A stretch of 64,000 bases of DNA from Candidatus Poseidoniales archaeon (lineage in GTDB: Archaea; Thermoplasmatota; Poseidoniia; Poseidoniales; Poseidoniaceae): contig QQSK01000012.1 of NCBI GenBank assembly GCA_003602415.1, forward strand, positions 9,841 to 73,840, written 5' to 3'. Shown here in pieces: positions 27,047-37,056 of the stretch; the first letter of the stretch is position 1, and each line of letters starts with the position of its first letter. Under the pieces are notes generated by a model. That model had not been told where the DNA came from. It searched no databases and worked only from the letters and a program-made list of their open reading frames with translations. The position numbers and the translations under genes are program-made.

Positions 27047-29899
27047 ATGCGCACCCCGACAAACATGGGAGAGGCTTCAGAGCGAATTGCTGAGTACTCT
27101 CAGCTCATTCGTGAAAAAACAGATTCAACCTTGGATTCTGCTTATTCACAGATTTTAGCTCAGCCAAAAACCACACTCATTCTTCTGGTTATTTTGTCAG
27201 CATGGCTAGGAAATATAGGGACCAATTTCCAAGACCAGATTGTTGATGATGTAGAGGTTTTCTTACCGGAAGGTGCTGAATCTACTGATTTATTGTTGGA
27301 AGTTAGAGAGGAGTGGTCAACCGATGTTGGATTTATTTACATCAAATCACCCAACGCATATGACCCAGATTTCTTTGGAAGTGATTACAATATTACTAAT
27401 GTTGAAATTTTACATGAGATTTCATGGATTGAAGGTGATGATGAAAGAAGAGCACCTGGAATTAAACAAAATGGATTAGACTGGGACAAAGAAGACCATG
27501 GAAAGAAAGACGGAGTATTATGGATTATTTCGATTTCACAAATTATTAAGGAAATTAATTCTAGTGATGGAAGGTTCAATCACGCAATGTGTGAAAATCC
27601 TGGTGAGAGATTAACCGCTGAACTCATTGATTGTGATGCAATTCAACAGGCACCTGGAGGAAATGGCGGACTGTATGCCATTCCTGACCAGCAAGAACGT
27701 ATTGATGAAATTGTCAATCAGTCGAATGGATCTCTAGATGCTTTAGCCAAGGATACCAACGGAGATGGAATCTGGGATACCACTGCTGTATTGGTAGGGA
27801 TAATTTCGTCGAATCAAATCAATCAAACTGGAATGTGGAATGATTACAAGGAATTCTTTGAGCATGTAGACAGTGTAATCGCTGAAGAAAACCGACCTCA
27901 GCAATACAGAAACACGAATATGACGCAAACTGGATTGTCAAAGATTCTGGAAGATGTTTCCGATGAGATATATCTAGACCTACTGAATATGATGCCGATT
28001 TCATTATTCCTTACCGTGTTGGTAATTACTGCATTACATCGTTCATGGAAGGTAGTAATTATTTCCGGCACACCTATTGTTATGGCATTAGCAGTTACAT
28101 TTGGGGCCTCTGTTCTACTAAAGATGACACTTACTCCTATGATTATTGCAACATTCCCAATTTTGATTGGGTTAGGAGTAGATTATGCTCTTCACATGGT
28201 TAATCGTATCGAAGAAGTTCGCAGAAAACGTATTGACGAAGCCGTGGAAGAAAATGAAATTAGACGTCGAAAGGGGCAAGTTCCTATCGAAGTTCCAGAC
28301 CTCTGGGACCCAGATTTTTACCGCTCTTGTGTAATGGAGATGTCTCGAACCACTGGAATTGCAGTCCTAATTTCAGCAGTTACCACAATAATCGGATTCT
28401 CAGTTTTGATTATGCCAAATATTGTATCTATTATTCCAATTCGCTCCGTAGGAATGACATTGGTTGCTGGAATAATGGCTACTCTTGTATTTTCAATGAT
28501 TTTGGTTCCAGTTCTAATATGGCTATTGAGGTTCAATAAACGTAGTAATCCACCAATGTGGGGCTCAATTTCAAGACTCCCAGTCAAGAACTTCATGGTA
28601 GTTCTTATCATTGCTGGAGCGATAACATTTGCAGGATTGAGTAATTTGGATGAAATGGATAAGCCTATCACAGGTTCTGACCAAACTCCCGATAACATTC
28701 CTTCAATGGAAGCTATGGTCGAATATTCTAATACATTCTCGGGAGGTCAAACATCTTTGTTCATTTTTGATGCCTCTAAGCATGTTAATGATCAAGATAT
28801 GAAGATAAGATCTCTCGAGGTTTTAGATGCAATGGATGCACTCGAAAATCGGATTTCTGAAGTCCCTTATACCAATACTACAAGTTTGATTACATTCCTA
28901 GAGGCTGTCCCTGTGACAATAGCCGAACCTACTACTGGTGTGGCATTGTATGATGGAAATTTATGGGGATTGTTACATGAAGAATGCTGGGAATCAAATA
29001 GTGCTGATTGTGCTGCATGGATTCTACTTGATGCAACATCTGCCGATGGTAAAGGGAGAGAGCATTTGCGAAAGGACATGGTAAATGTCGCCTATGACAC
29101 TCTTTCCAAAGAAGTACAATGGATGTTAACTAACGAAGCGGGTAGCAAGGCATTGGTCTATGTTACTCAACCATATATGAATCTGGACAATGCTAGCATG
29201 TTAAGAGATGATATTGATGACATGCTAGAAGACCCAATGGAAGAGCCAGGAATTAGGGTCTCACCTCTTACAGGAGGTTTACCAGTCAGCTTAGATATCA
29301 ATGAAGGAATACACGATACACAAAATTACACTACATTGCTAACATTACTGATTTTGACAATTGTAATGTGTATTGTATTTAGATCATTTAGACTTGGAAT
29401 TTTCACAATGATACCAGTTGCTACAATCATTATATGGCAGCCGTTATTGATGAGTTCAGGTGACGTAAACGTCAATATTTTCACCGCTATGATTGGAACA
29501 ATAGTATTCGGAATTGGAGTTGATGACGCAATTCACGTCATGCATCGTATACAAGAAGAGGGTGAAAGCGCCGTTGGTATGACCAAAGCGGTAGAGAAGA
29601 CGGGACAGACTATTTTCGAAACTACAGCAACAACTGTGGCCGGACTGGGAGCTGGATTCTTTGTTGCATTCCCTGGTCTAGTCAATTTCTTCATACTAAT
29701 GATGCTGCTAATTGGATTTGCATTCCTAACCAGTGTATTCCTGCTACCTGCATGTCTTACTGCAGATCATGTTATTCGGAGAAAAATCAGTGGAGAAACT
29801 AGTTTCATTGATTTTGGAGAAGGCGTAGTTCTAACCGATGAAAATATGAGTGCAGTTGATGCAATAATTGTTGATGTTAATCCACCGAAGACTGCTTGA
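27047..29899 (+). CDS. RND-superfamily (MMPL/COG1033-type) exporter, paralogue of 15356..17926
   Basis: Duplicated GLGVDYALHMVNRI / GIGVDDAIHVMHRI signatures, two TM bundles and two large ectodomains. Confidence 0.8.
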   Translation: MRTPTNMGEASERIAEYSQLIREKTDSTLDSAYSQILAQPKTTLILLVILSAWLGNIGTNFQDQIVDDVEVFLPEGAESTDLLLEVREEWSTDVGFIYIKSPNAYDPDFFGSDYNITNVEILHEISWIEGDDERRAPGIKQNGLDWDKEDHGKKDGVLWIISISQIIKEINSSDGRFNHAMCENPGERLTAELIDCDAIQQAPGGNGGLYAIPDQQERIDEIVNQSNGSLDALAKDTNGDGIWDTTAVLVGIISSNQINQTGMWNDYKEFFEHVDSVIAEENRPQQYRNTNMTQTGLSKILEDVSDEIYLDLLNMMPISLFLTVLVITALHRSWKVVIISGTPIVMALAVTFGASVLLKMTLTPMIIATFPILIGLGVDYALHMVNRIEEVRRKRIDEAVEENEIRRRKGQVPIEVPDLWDPDFYRSCVMEMSRTTGIAVLISAVTTIIGFSVLIMPNIVSIIPIRSVGMTLVAGIMATLVFSMILVPVLIWLLRFNKRSNPPMWGSISRLPVKNFMVVLIIAGAITFAGLSNLDEMDKPITGSDQTPDNIPSMEAMVEYSNTFSGGQTSLFIFDASKHVNDQDMKIRSLEVLDAMDALENRISEVPYTNTTSLITFLEAVPVTIAEPTTGVALYDGNLWGLLHEECWESNSADCAAWILLDATSADGKGREHLRKDMVNVAYDTLSKEVQWMLTNEAGSKALVYVTQPYMNLDNASMLRDDIDDMLEDPMEEPGIRVSPLTGGLPVSLDINEGIHDTQNYTTLLTLLILTIVMCIVFRSFRLGIFTMIPVATIIIWQPLLMSSGDVNVNIFTAMIGTIVFGIGVDDAIHVMHRIQEEGESAVGMTKAVEKTGQTIFETTATTVAGLGAGFFVAFPGLVNFFILMMLLIGFAFLTSVFLLPACLTADHVIRRKISGETSFIDFGEGVVLTDENMSAVDAIIVDVNPPKTA

Positions 29900-29937
29900 A
29901 GAATTATTCTTTTTCTTACAATCTAGTACATTTGAAA

Positions 29938-30245
29938 TGGAGAATGCAGGGAGTAAGCCCCTTTCTGTTCCCTTTCGGTGACTGCATTCAACTGTGCATC
30001 CTACCTGTCCCTGAACGTGCCGTATAAGCGGGACTGTTTGGACTTGCTCCGGCGTGGTTGCTCGTCTCATCGATAATATGGCAATCTCGTCCTTCCGGAT
30101 TCATCGTACACACCATACCTCGTTCGTTTCTGCACCATTGACCGACCCATTTCTGTGTCTCGACTTGTGTCGACCGCCTGCACTGTGGAGAGGGGACTTT
30201 CCTCAGACTCGAAGTCTGTCAGCAGTCCTCCTGCATCCTCCACTC
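29938..30245 (-). ncRNA. rnpB: RNase P RNA
   Basis: On the minus strand I read GAGGAAAGUCCCC (CR-I), ACAGAAAUGG, AAACAGUCCCGCUUAUAC (CR-V-like) and GGAACAGAAAGGGGCUUAC. P1 pairing is GGAUGCAGGAG / CUCCCUGCAUUC. The region is GC-rich and lies in a 380-nt gap between convergent genes. Confidence 0.8.
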
Positions 30246-30281
30246 TACCGTGGAAGCCACACACATTTCAAACCATTGCAA

Positions 30282-33200
30282 TCAGAAATACTCATCATGT
30301 TCCGAATTTGAGGAAGATTTCTTCTTACCTGAAATGATGAGATAGCCAAGCAGGCCCACCATTAGCAGAGTAATCACACTAAACCCAGTCAGCATCGAAC
30401 TACTTGCACCCTCAAGACCTTCAATCACATAATCTGATTCGCCTTCATCGACTTGAATTGGACTAGTTCTTTCAAACAAACCACTAGGCGTGGTTACTTC
30501 AATCCAAGATGCTCCCGAATCTTCGGGAATCCATTTTGCTTCAAAAGAAACAGAAGATGATGCTGGGACATCGATGTTGATGATTTCAATCAGTCTGCGT
30601 TGATCTCCATCCTCCACCACCTCAACCCTAACACTGGTAGAGCCGTCCACTTGTCCATCGTTGTGAACTGTGACATTTACCCAAACTATGTCTCCAGTAC
30701 TCGGGTACTGATTAGGAATAACAATTTCACTAGACTCGATTCGCATATCTGCTTCACGGTTGGCTAATTGCAATACTGCCAGAGGTGATGAACGGCTATT
30801 GAATGAAGATTCGATATCTTGACCTGCAAGGTCTTGGCCTTCAACCCAAACCCATAGGTCCCAGGAATTTTCTCGACTCACTTCAGGAATTATTGAGTCG
30901 ACATCAAGAGTTGCCAATAGTGGAATTGAATTTCCGGCTCCAGTTCCAGCGATTAATTCCATGCTAACATTTCCACCCAATAATGCCAATTCAGGAATTG
31001 CCATGCCGTGGGGTACAATTAGCCAATGCATTCGTAGTGACTCTATATCTAGCCCTTCTGATTCATTGACCATTATTTCGAAACCGAGATCTTTCCAATC
31101 CCTTTCTTGTACCAAGTCAAGAGGATCAGGGGAAAGGAATTGCACAACTTTAGGGGCATTTGCATCTACAACCATCCAAGCTACAACAGTCTCTGAATCG
31201 GTTCTATCTATTCCACCTGCGGGTAGATTCACCAAGTCAACTGTGATTGGATGAATTCCTGTATTATTTGGAGCAGTGAGCAGTATTTCAGCAGAACCAT
31301 TCTCTGAAATCCCATATTGTTGCATTGAATCAATATGAGCGATAATGTCTACAATAGTATCAACCGGTTGACCTCCTTTGGTCCAGATAACATCAGCAGA
31401 AATTGTACTGGTCTGACCCGGCGCAACGAATGCTGAGGAACCGCTGAATTCAACGCTTGAAGTATCTATCTCCATTTCACTGGAATATCTCCACGATGAT
31501 TCTAACTCACTTCTGTATGACTGACCAGAATCATCACTTGCAGTTACCCTTACTCTCCTTTCAAGAGACGAATCCGGGTTGAAATCCCATGCAAAGGACA
31601 TCACTATTTCCAGTGTGAACATAGCATCGAAATGATTTGCATCTCCAACTATGAAACAGTCTTGAATGATGATGGTTGAGGTGGATGAGGAACATCCATC
31701 AACCGCAGACCAATCGATTTCCAAGTTTTCAGAAGAATCTGATGACAAATCAACAACTACACTTTCAATGTCCCCATATCCATTTACATCTTGAATAGGA
31801 ATTTTCATGCTATAATTTTGACCGGGATGTAACCAATTATCTGCGTGATTCCAACCCAAACCATCTTCCATAATTGTAGGAGCGCCATCTGGTCCAAATC
31901 TAATTATGAATAGTGGGTTCTCTTCACTTCCAGAATCTGGTAAAGCATGACCAGCTGGGTCGAAAACCTCGAGCCATCCAGACATAGTATCTCCAATCGA
32001 TGCATCTCTAACATCAACGATTGAGGAATACTCGCCTTGAATGTCATTGAGATTTGAAGGTAGGTCTAGTTGAATGGTTTCCTCTCCATTCCAAGATGTT
32101 TCAACATGCAATAATGCGTGATGAGGAAGAACAGGTCTATCCCCTATTTCAAAAGTTAATTCAAGAGGTCTGTCATTGCTTCTATGGTCGAGTGGAGCGA
32201 TGTTTGAATCAAGTAGAATAGGCGCTAAATCATCCATCAAAAACGTTGCATTTTTAGGAACTTTCCAATTCACTTCTTGGCCGTACAAACCACTTACACT
32301 AACTTCCAGATCGATTTCTGAAGCGAGTGCATTTGGGGTAAACATCAGTCTTGCTGCGCCATCTTCGATAACCTGTGTGGTATCGGTTAGAATACCATCA
32401 AGATATAGAGCAACATTGAATGATGACGAACGAGGAGAATCTTCTAAGTCTTCAAATGCCAAATTTACTTCCACTATTCCTGGATTAGCAGGGTCAAAGT
32501 ATAGTGCATCCCACGTTGATTGAGCACCATTCATGAATGACAAATGCCAATCGATGACATCAACATCTTGCTCTACACCCATACTCCATCCAGCGCCAAA
32601 GCGAATTTGAGATGGCTGAGAAGCTGGGCCATTCATATCTATCGAACTGGATGCAATTACCGCCTCTTCATCAGGCCATATTGATGAAATCTGGATTCTA
32701 TGGAAAAATTCTACTTGAGAGCCAGTGAAAAGATATGAGAAATCTTCGATAATAATCCCCTGGTCCGAATTACATGATTCTGTAGTAATTGAACAGTAAA
32801 CCGATTTACTCCATTCAGTTCCTCCCAATGTAAACACAGACGACCAGCTTTCACTAGCAAAGTGTGAGGAGGCATCGGCAACACCGATATTTGAAAGGTC
32901 AAAGGTACTATTGAATTCATACCAATCATTTCCTGCAACCAAAGTGTCTGTCTGATTTGACATTACCATAGAAATTGGTTCGGGAGAGCCTAATGTCTGT
33001 AAACCGTAATCCCAAATTTCCAAACTCCCAGGATTGGTCATTACAAATGGAATTGAAACTACTTTGGTTCCAGAGTGTGCTGAAGTTTGAGACAATTGGG
33101 AATTAATTGCAGAAATTATTGGGCTTGATATGTCTCCTGAAATTTCTGCTTCATAGTGATATGGAATCGATAAACCAGATGCGAATAGTTCCCCACCTGA

Positions 33201-35105
33201 AGAAGAGGAAACTACAATTTCAATAAGGTGAGCATCAAGATGACCGACGATATTTTCCTCAGCGGTTCTAGCATCCATCGCATTGATTAAATATTGCATT
33301 TGATTATCAGTCAATGCAACTTGATAGGGTTCGGACAGGAATCCAATATTTTGTGAAACAAATTCAGTACCTGCTATGGAAAATGAAATCACTACATCTG
33401 TCAAAGGAGCGTTTTGAGGTGTCAGTGAGAGCATCAGATTACCTGATGATTCGTAATGAGCCGAAGAAGTTCCTGAGGTGGATTGACCCGACTTGTATGG
33501 ATAATACAGTGATATTGAATCATATGAGCCTGCAGAAACAGAAGCATTGATTGATGAATGGCCATTTTCAAATAAGTTCTGGAATCCCCAGGGACCTACT
33601 GCATCATGAGAGAATTTCCATTCGCTAACCCCATCCAGACCAACATCAATTCTAGCATCCATTGGAGAGGATTGTCGATGAAGGTGAATTGAGATATGGT
33701 CCATTGTGTAACTGCCAGAACCACTCCACCGTGCGCTTAGATGTACACTCGGATTTTCTAGAGATAATTTACCATCTGAAGGAACATCAATCCAACCTGA
33801 AGATGTGCAAGATGAACTCTCAAAGCAAACTTGGAAATTACCACTTCCAGTTCCGACCCATGACATTTCTAAGTAGCTGAAAGGATTGACCAGCCTCCAT
33901 TCAGGTGATGAAAGCATGCCGTTTCCAGTAACAATTCCGTTACTATGAGAAGAAAATCCAGACCATCCATTAGAGGTTGGATTCTCCGAAAATGATTCAA
34001 CGATTCCTCCGCCTAGGGTTATTGAATTGATTACAGGAGATTCTCCTGTCGACTCCATTTGAATTTTTATTTGTACGCTTGGATGAGAATTAGTGTCGAT
34101 TACCGATAAATCGGCTTGCATATCTTCACGATCGATAAATCCAGGAATAAATGTACCATTGGCTGAATCGATTAGACTCCATCGAATCATAGAGCCCAGA
34201 GTCTTAGTGGCATCTATCGACATCATTCCATGCTGCATTTGTAGTGCCCCATTAGGTCCAAATGACTGGCTAGTCCAGTTAGCCATACCCGTACCAGTGT
34301 TTCCTCGGGGTTCGAGAACTACATCGTCGATGTTCCATCCTGTGTAAGTTACTGAACTATCAGTGGTGCCCAGACCGAATCTTACTTGGAATGCTGAATT
34401 TCCACTGATATGATTGCTCACATCATATGATGATTGAGTGTATGAACCATCATTTGTAGAGCCATAAGGGTTAGAATATACATTTGTCCATCCGCCACTA
34501 CTCGTTTTTACTGAAACATATGCATGGTCATACGATGATGACTCCACACCCAATCTCTTCCAAAATTTGAGGTCCCAAGTCCCAGAACAAGCTGAACAAT
34601 CAATTGTTGGAGAAGTCGCCCAATAAGGGCCACCCATGTTATTAGGATAATTTCCATTGTAGGTGTATATTGCAGATGTACCCGAATGCACACCATTCAC
34701 TGAACCAAGAGTCGAGTCGTATCCATGTGCCCATCCACCTGCTGAGTTAAGATTCCAGCCTTGTGTCGAACCTTCAAAATCCCACTCATGACTCATTGGA
34801 AGTACACGCAATCCGGTCACGTTGTAATCTATACCATCCATGATTACTCCATTTGACCAATCCGATTTGTCATCCCAAGTTTGAATTTCCTTTACTGGCC
34901 AAGTATTCTCATGAATTTTCAATGACAAATCAGTAACGATTTCACCATCTGGAATTTCAACTTTGAATTGGTCGGACATTCCATTAGGACCTAGGCCTAC
35001 ATTGACATCAACTTGTCTGGAAGGAGAGTTTGCATTTGCAAATGGAACAAGCGACATTCCACAGAACATAATGACGAGAAAAAACGCGGTTCTCTGTCTC
35101 GCCAT
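30282..35105 (-). CDS. Giant surface protein (about 1607 aa): signal peptide, jelly-roll (MAM/'choice-of-anchor'-like) domain, long beta-rich region, CARDB-like domain and a PGF-like C-terminal anchor
   Basis: Signal peptide MARQRTAFFLVIMFCGMSLVPFANA. Jelly-roll pattern W.F.....GW.......W......YPNN....ATSP.ID.S......L.FW....E..YD.AYV.V....GW.......GWNIDDVVLE. CARDB-like DIVWVNVTVHNDGQ. C-terminus is LTGFSVITLLMVGLLGYLIISGKKK.... Confidence 0.8.
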   Translation of the reverse strand: MARQRTAFFLVIMFCGMSLVPFANANSPSRQVDVNVGLGPNGMSDQFKVEIPDGEIVTDLSLKIHENTWPVKEIQTWDDKSDWSNGVIMDGIDYNVTGLRVLPMSHEWDFEGSTQGWNLNSAGGWAHGYDSTLGSVNGVHSGTSAIYTYNGNYPNNMGGPYWATSPTIDCSACSGTWDLKFWKRLGVESSSYDHAYVSVKTSSGGWTNVYSNPYGSTNDGSYTQSSYDVSNHISGNSAFQVRFGLGTTDSSVTYTGWNIDDVVLEPRGNTGTGMANWTSQSFGPNGALQMQHGMMSIDATKTLGSMIRWSLIDSANGTFIPGFIDREDMQADLSVIDTNSHPSVQIKIQMESTGESPVINSITLGGGIVESFSENPTSNGWSGFSSHSNGIVTGNGMLSSPEWRLVNPFSYLEMSWVGTGSGNFQVCFESSSCTSSGWIDVPSDGKLSLENPSVHLSARWSGSGSYTMDHISIHLHRQSSPMDARIDVGLDGVSEWKFSHDAVGPWGFQNLFENGHSSINASVSAGSYDSISLYYPYKSGQSTSGTSSAHYESSGNLMLSLTPQNAPLTDVVISFSIAGTEFVSQNIGFLSEPYQVALTDNQMQYLINAMDARTAEENIVGHLDAHLIEIVVSSSSGGELFASGLSIPYHYEAEISGDISSPIISAINSQLSQTSAHSGTKVVSIPFVMTNPGSLEIWDYGLQTLGSPEPISMVMSNQTDTLVAGNDWYEFNSTFDLSNIGVADASSHFASESWSSVFTLGGTEWSKSVYCSITTESCNSDQGIIIEDFSYLFTGSQVEFFHRIQISSIWPDEEAVIASSSIDMNGPASQPSQIRFGAGWSMGVEQDVDVIDWHLSFMNGAQSTWDALYFDPANPGIVEVNLAFEDLEDSPRSSSFNVALYLDGILTDTTQVIEDGAARLMFTPNALASEIDLEVSVSGLYGQEVNWKVPKNATFLMDDLAPILLDSNIAPLDHRSNDRPLELTFEIGDRPVLPHHALLHVETSWNGEETIQLDLPSNLNDIQGEYSSIVDVRDASIGDTMSGWLEVFDPAGHALPDSGSEENPLFIIRFGPDGAPTIMEDGLGWNHADNWLHPGQNYSMKIPIQDVNGYGDIESVVVDLSSDSSENLEIDWSAVDGCSSSTSTIIIQDCFIVGDANHFDAMFTLEIVMSFAWDFNPDSSLERRVRVTASDDSGQSYRSELESSWRYSSEMEIDTSSVEFSGSSAFVAPGQTSTISADVIWTKGGQPVDTIVDIIAHIDSMQQYGISENGSAEILLTAPNNTGIHPITVDLVNLPAGGIDRTDSETVVAWMVVDANAPKVVQFLSPDPLDLVQERDWKDLGFEIMVNESEGLDIESLRMHWLIVPHGMAIPELALLGGNVSMELIAGTGAGNSIPLLATLDVDSIIPEVSRENSWDLWVWVEGQDLAGQDIESSFNSRSSPLAVLQLANREADMRIESSEIVIPNQYPSTGDIVWVNVTVHNDGQVDGSTSVRVEVVEDGDQRRLIEIINIDVPASSSVSFEAKWIPEDSGASWIEVTTPSGLFERTSPIQVDEGESDYVIEGLEGASSSMLTGFSVITLLMVGLLGYLIISGKKKSSSNSEHDEYF

Positions 35106-35181
35106 GCCTATGGCATGAACTCTAAGCACTTCAGACATTCGATTCACATTACTTATTGACTTCAGGCATTTGGAAGGTTAC

Positions 35182-35889
35182 ATGGCAGATGTTGAAGCCC
35201 TGAAAAAAGAGGCTGGAATTGAAGCATGCAAATTCGTAAAAGATGGTATGAAAGTTGGCCTAGGAACAGGTTCAACTGTAAAGCATACCGTCATTGAATT
35301 AGGTCGCAGAATGTCTGAAGAAGGGCTGCAAATTGTTGGAGTGCCAACAAGTTTGGCTACTGAAAAATTAGCGATTGAAGTTGGTATTCCACTGGTCCAA
35401 CTTTCCGATATCGATGGTCTGGACATAGTAATCGATGGTGCTGATGAGTACGACCCAAGATTTCAGTTGATTAAAGGAGGAGGTGCTGCGCTTCTTAGAG
35501 AAAAAATCGTTGCACAAGAGAGTGGTTCTATGGTCGTCGTTGCAGATGATAGGAAGAAGGTCGAAACGTTAGGAGCATTCCCTCTACCAATTGAGGTGAC
35601 GCCATTTTCTCATGAAGCAACAGTTAGGGCATTAAGTCGCCTACTTGATTGCCGAGTCAACATTCGTATGGCTGGAGATGGACCTGTGTTTACAGATAAT
35701 GGAAATATGATCGCTGATGCACACACAGGACCTACAATAAGTGACCCGATTGGCTTAGAAACTAAAATTCTCATGATTGCAGGAGTAGTCCAGGTTGGAC
35801 TATTCAACAACATGTGCGATGCTGTTGTATTGGCAGGAGAAAATGGAGTTGAAACAATTCTCAACCCAGCTGGCAGATTAGAGAATTGA
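35182..35889 (+). CDS. rpiA: Ribose-5-phosphate isomerase A
   Basis: GLGTGSTV, DGADE and KGGGAALLREKIV motifs. Confidence 0.9.
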   Translation: MADVEALKKEAGIEACKFVKDGMKVGLGTGSTVKHTVIELGRRMSEEGLQIVGVPTSLATEKLAIEVGIPLVQLSDIDGLDIVIDGADEYDPRFQLIKGGGAALLREKIVAQESGSMVVVADDRKKVETLGAFPLPIEVTPFSHEATVRALSRLLDCRVNIRMAGDGPVFTDNGNMIADAHTGPTISDPIGLETKILMIAGVVQVGLFNNMCDAVVLAGENGVETILNPAGRLEN

Positions 35890-35966
35890 TGGCGGGCCTG
35901 ACGGGGTTCGAACCCGCGGCCGATGGATTAAGAGTCCATCGCTCTACCTGACTAAGCTACAGGCCC
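35890..35966 (-). tRNA. tRNA-Lys (anticodon CUU), CCA encoded
   Basis: Minus-strand sequence is GGGCCUGUAGCUUAGUCAGGUAGAGCGAUGGACUCUUAAUCCAUCGGCCGCGGGUUCGAACCCCGUCAGGCCCGCCA. It folds as a cloverleaf with anticodon loop CUCUUAA. Confidence 0.9.
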
Positions 35967-36018
35967 AACCTGCGCTCCAGCAAGTCGTATTTAATTTAAT
36001 CCGAATCAAATACTACAT

Positions 36019-36966
36019 CTATTCTGAAATTGTAATTGTTGTGCCACAATCTCCACGTAGAGCTTTGATAGCGTCACCAGGCTGACACAACACTGAACGG
36101 ATATTTGGAATCATTTCTACTGCATGGATTAGCGATGAGATTTTTGGACCCATTGAGCCAGCCGGAAATTCTCCATTCTCAAGATGCTTTTTCGCCTCTA
36201 AAATACTTAGTTTAGAATGAGATTTTTCTTCTGATGTACCAAATCCTGTCTTCACAGCATCGATTGCTGTTGAAATAATCAAGGCGTCTGCATTCATATC
36301 AATAGCCAACAAGGCGCTAAGGTGGTCTTTGTCTATAACGGCAGGAACACCAACCAGATAATTCTCTTTCTCAATTACAGGAATCCCGCCACCTCCACAG
36401 CAGATAACTATTGCACTCTTTTCCACCAAAGATCGAATCACTTCTAAATCCAAAATTCGTAATGGCTTTGGAGATGCTACAACTCTTCTAGGGCCTCTGA
36501 CTGTTTCCGCAATGTCCCAATCTTCACTCATGACTTGTTTGTCAGACAATATCGGTCCAACCGGCTTTGTAGGAAATTTGAAACCTTGATCTTCTGGGTC
36601 AACTAGTACTCTAGTTAGTACTACAGATGTTGATTCTGGGCGACTTCTTCTACGCAAAATTGAATCAAGATTAATCGCAAGTGAGTGTCCTATCATGCCT
36701 TGGGTAGCAGCAACCCAAGAGTCCATCTCTTGGTTCGCATCCAGAGACATCAAGTGACCGACTTGGGGGCCATTACCATGGGTCAAAACAACTCTCCAAC
36801 CTGCTTCTAGTAAATCTATCACATCACTCATTACTCCAGCCAAGATTCTAGCAGATTGTTCTTGGTCATCACCGGTTGGTGAAGACAGAGCATTCCCTCC
36901 AATGGCATAAACAACGGTACGATTCACAATACTACTATTTCCTGGTCGGGTTTGATGCTTTCCCAA
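36019..36966 (-). CDS. arcC: Carbamate kinase
   Basis: AIGGNAL...VLTHGNGPQVG N-terminal signature and CCGGGGIPV. Confidence 0.85.
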   Translation of the reverse strand: MGKHQTRPGNSSIVNRTVVYAIGGNALSSPTGDDQEQSARILAGVMSDVIDLLEAGWRVVLTHGNGPQVGHLMSLDANQEMDSWVAATQGMIGHSLAINLDSILRRRSRPESTSVVLTRVLVDPEDQGFKFPTKPVGPILSDKQVMSEDWDIAETVRGPRRVVASPKPLRILDLEVIRSLVEKSAIVICCGGGGIPVIEKENYLVGVPAVIDKDHLSALLAIDMNADALIISTAIDAVKTGFGTSEEKSHSKLSILEAKKHLENGEFPAGSMGPKISSLIHAVEMIPNIRSVLCQPGDAIKALRGDCGTTITISE

Positions 36967-37056
36967 GTTCGATTCATATAACGATGCTTTTGATTACAGA
37001 AAATGATGCACCATAGAAGGTGAAAACCTGATGAACCACTACATTGAGCATTGGGC

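Noticed and set aside
30054-30337. ORFs of 85, 65 and 60 aa in the gap between the RND exporter and the giant gene.
   Set aside because: The region carries the conserved RNase P RNA motifs on the minus strand. These ORFs are by-products of a GC-rich structured RNA.
35890-35966. tRNA-Lys (and tRNA-Pro at 44192..44269) as possible integration sites for a mobile element.
   Set aside because: I found no integrase or recombinase gene, no visible direct repeat of the tRNA 3' half nearby, and the flanking genes are housekeeping.
36990-37050. C/D-box-sRNA-like strings (AAUGAUGC ... CUGAUGA).
   Set aside because: There is no terminal CUGA D box, no terminal pairing, and the C-to-D' spacing is not canonical. 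It is more likely just promoter or 5' UTR sequence of the 37057 gene.
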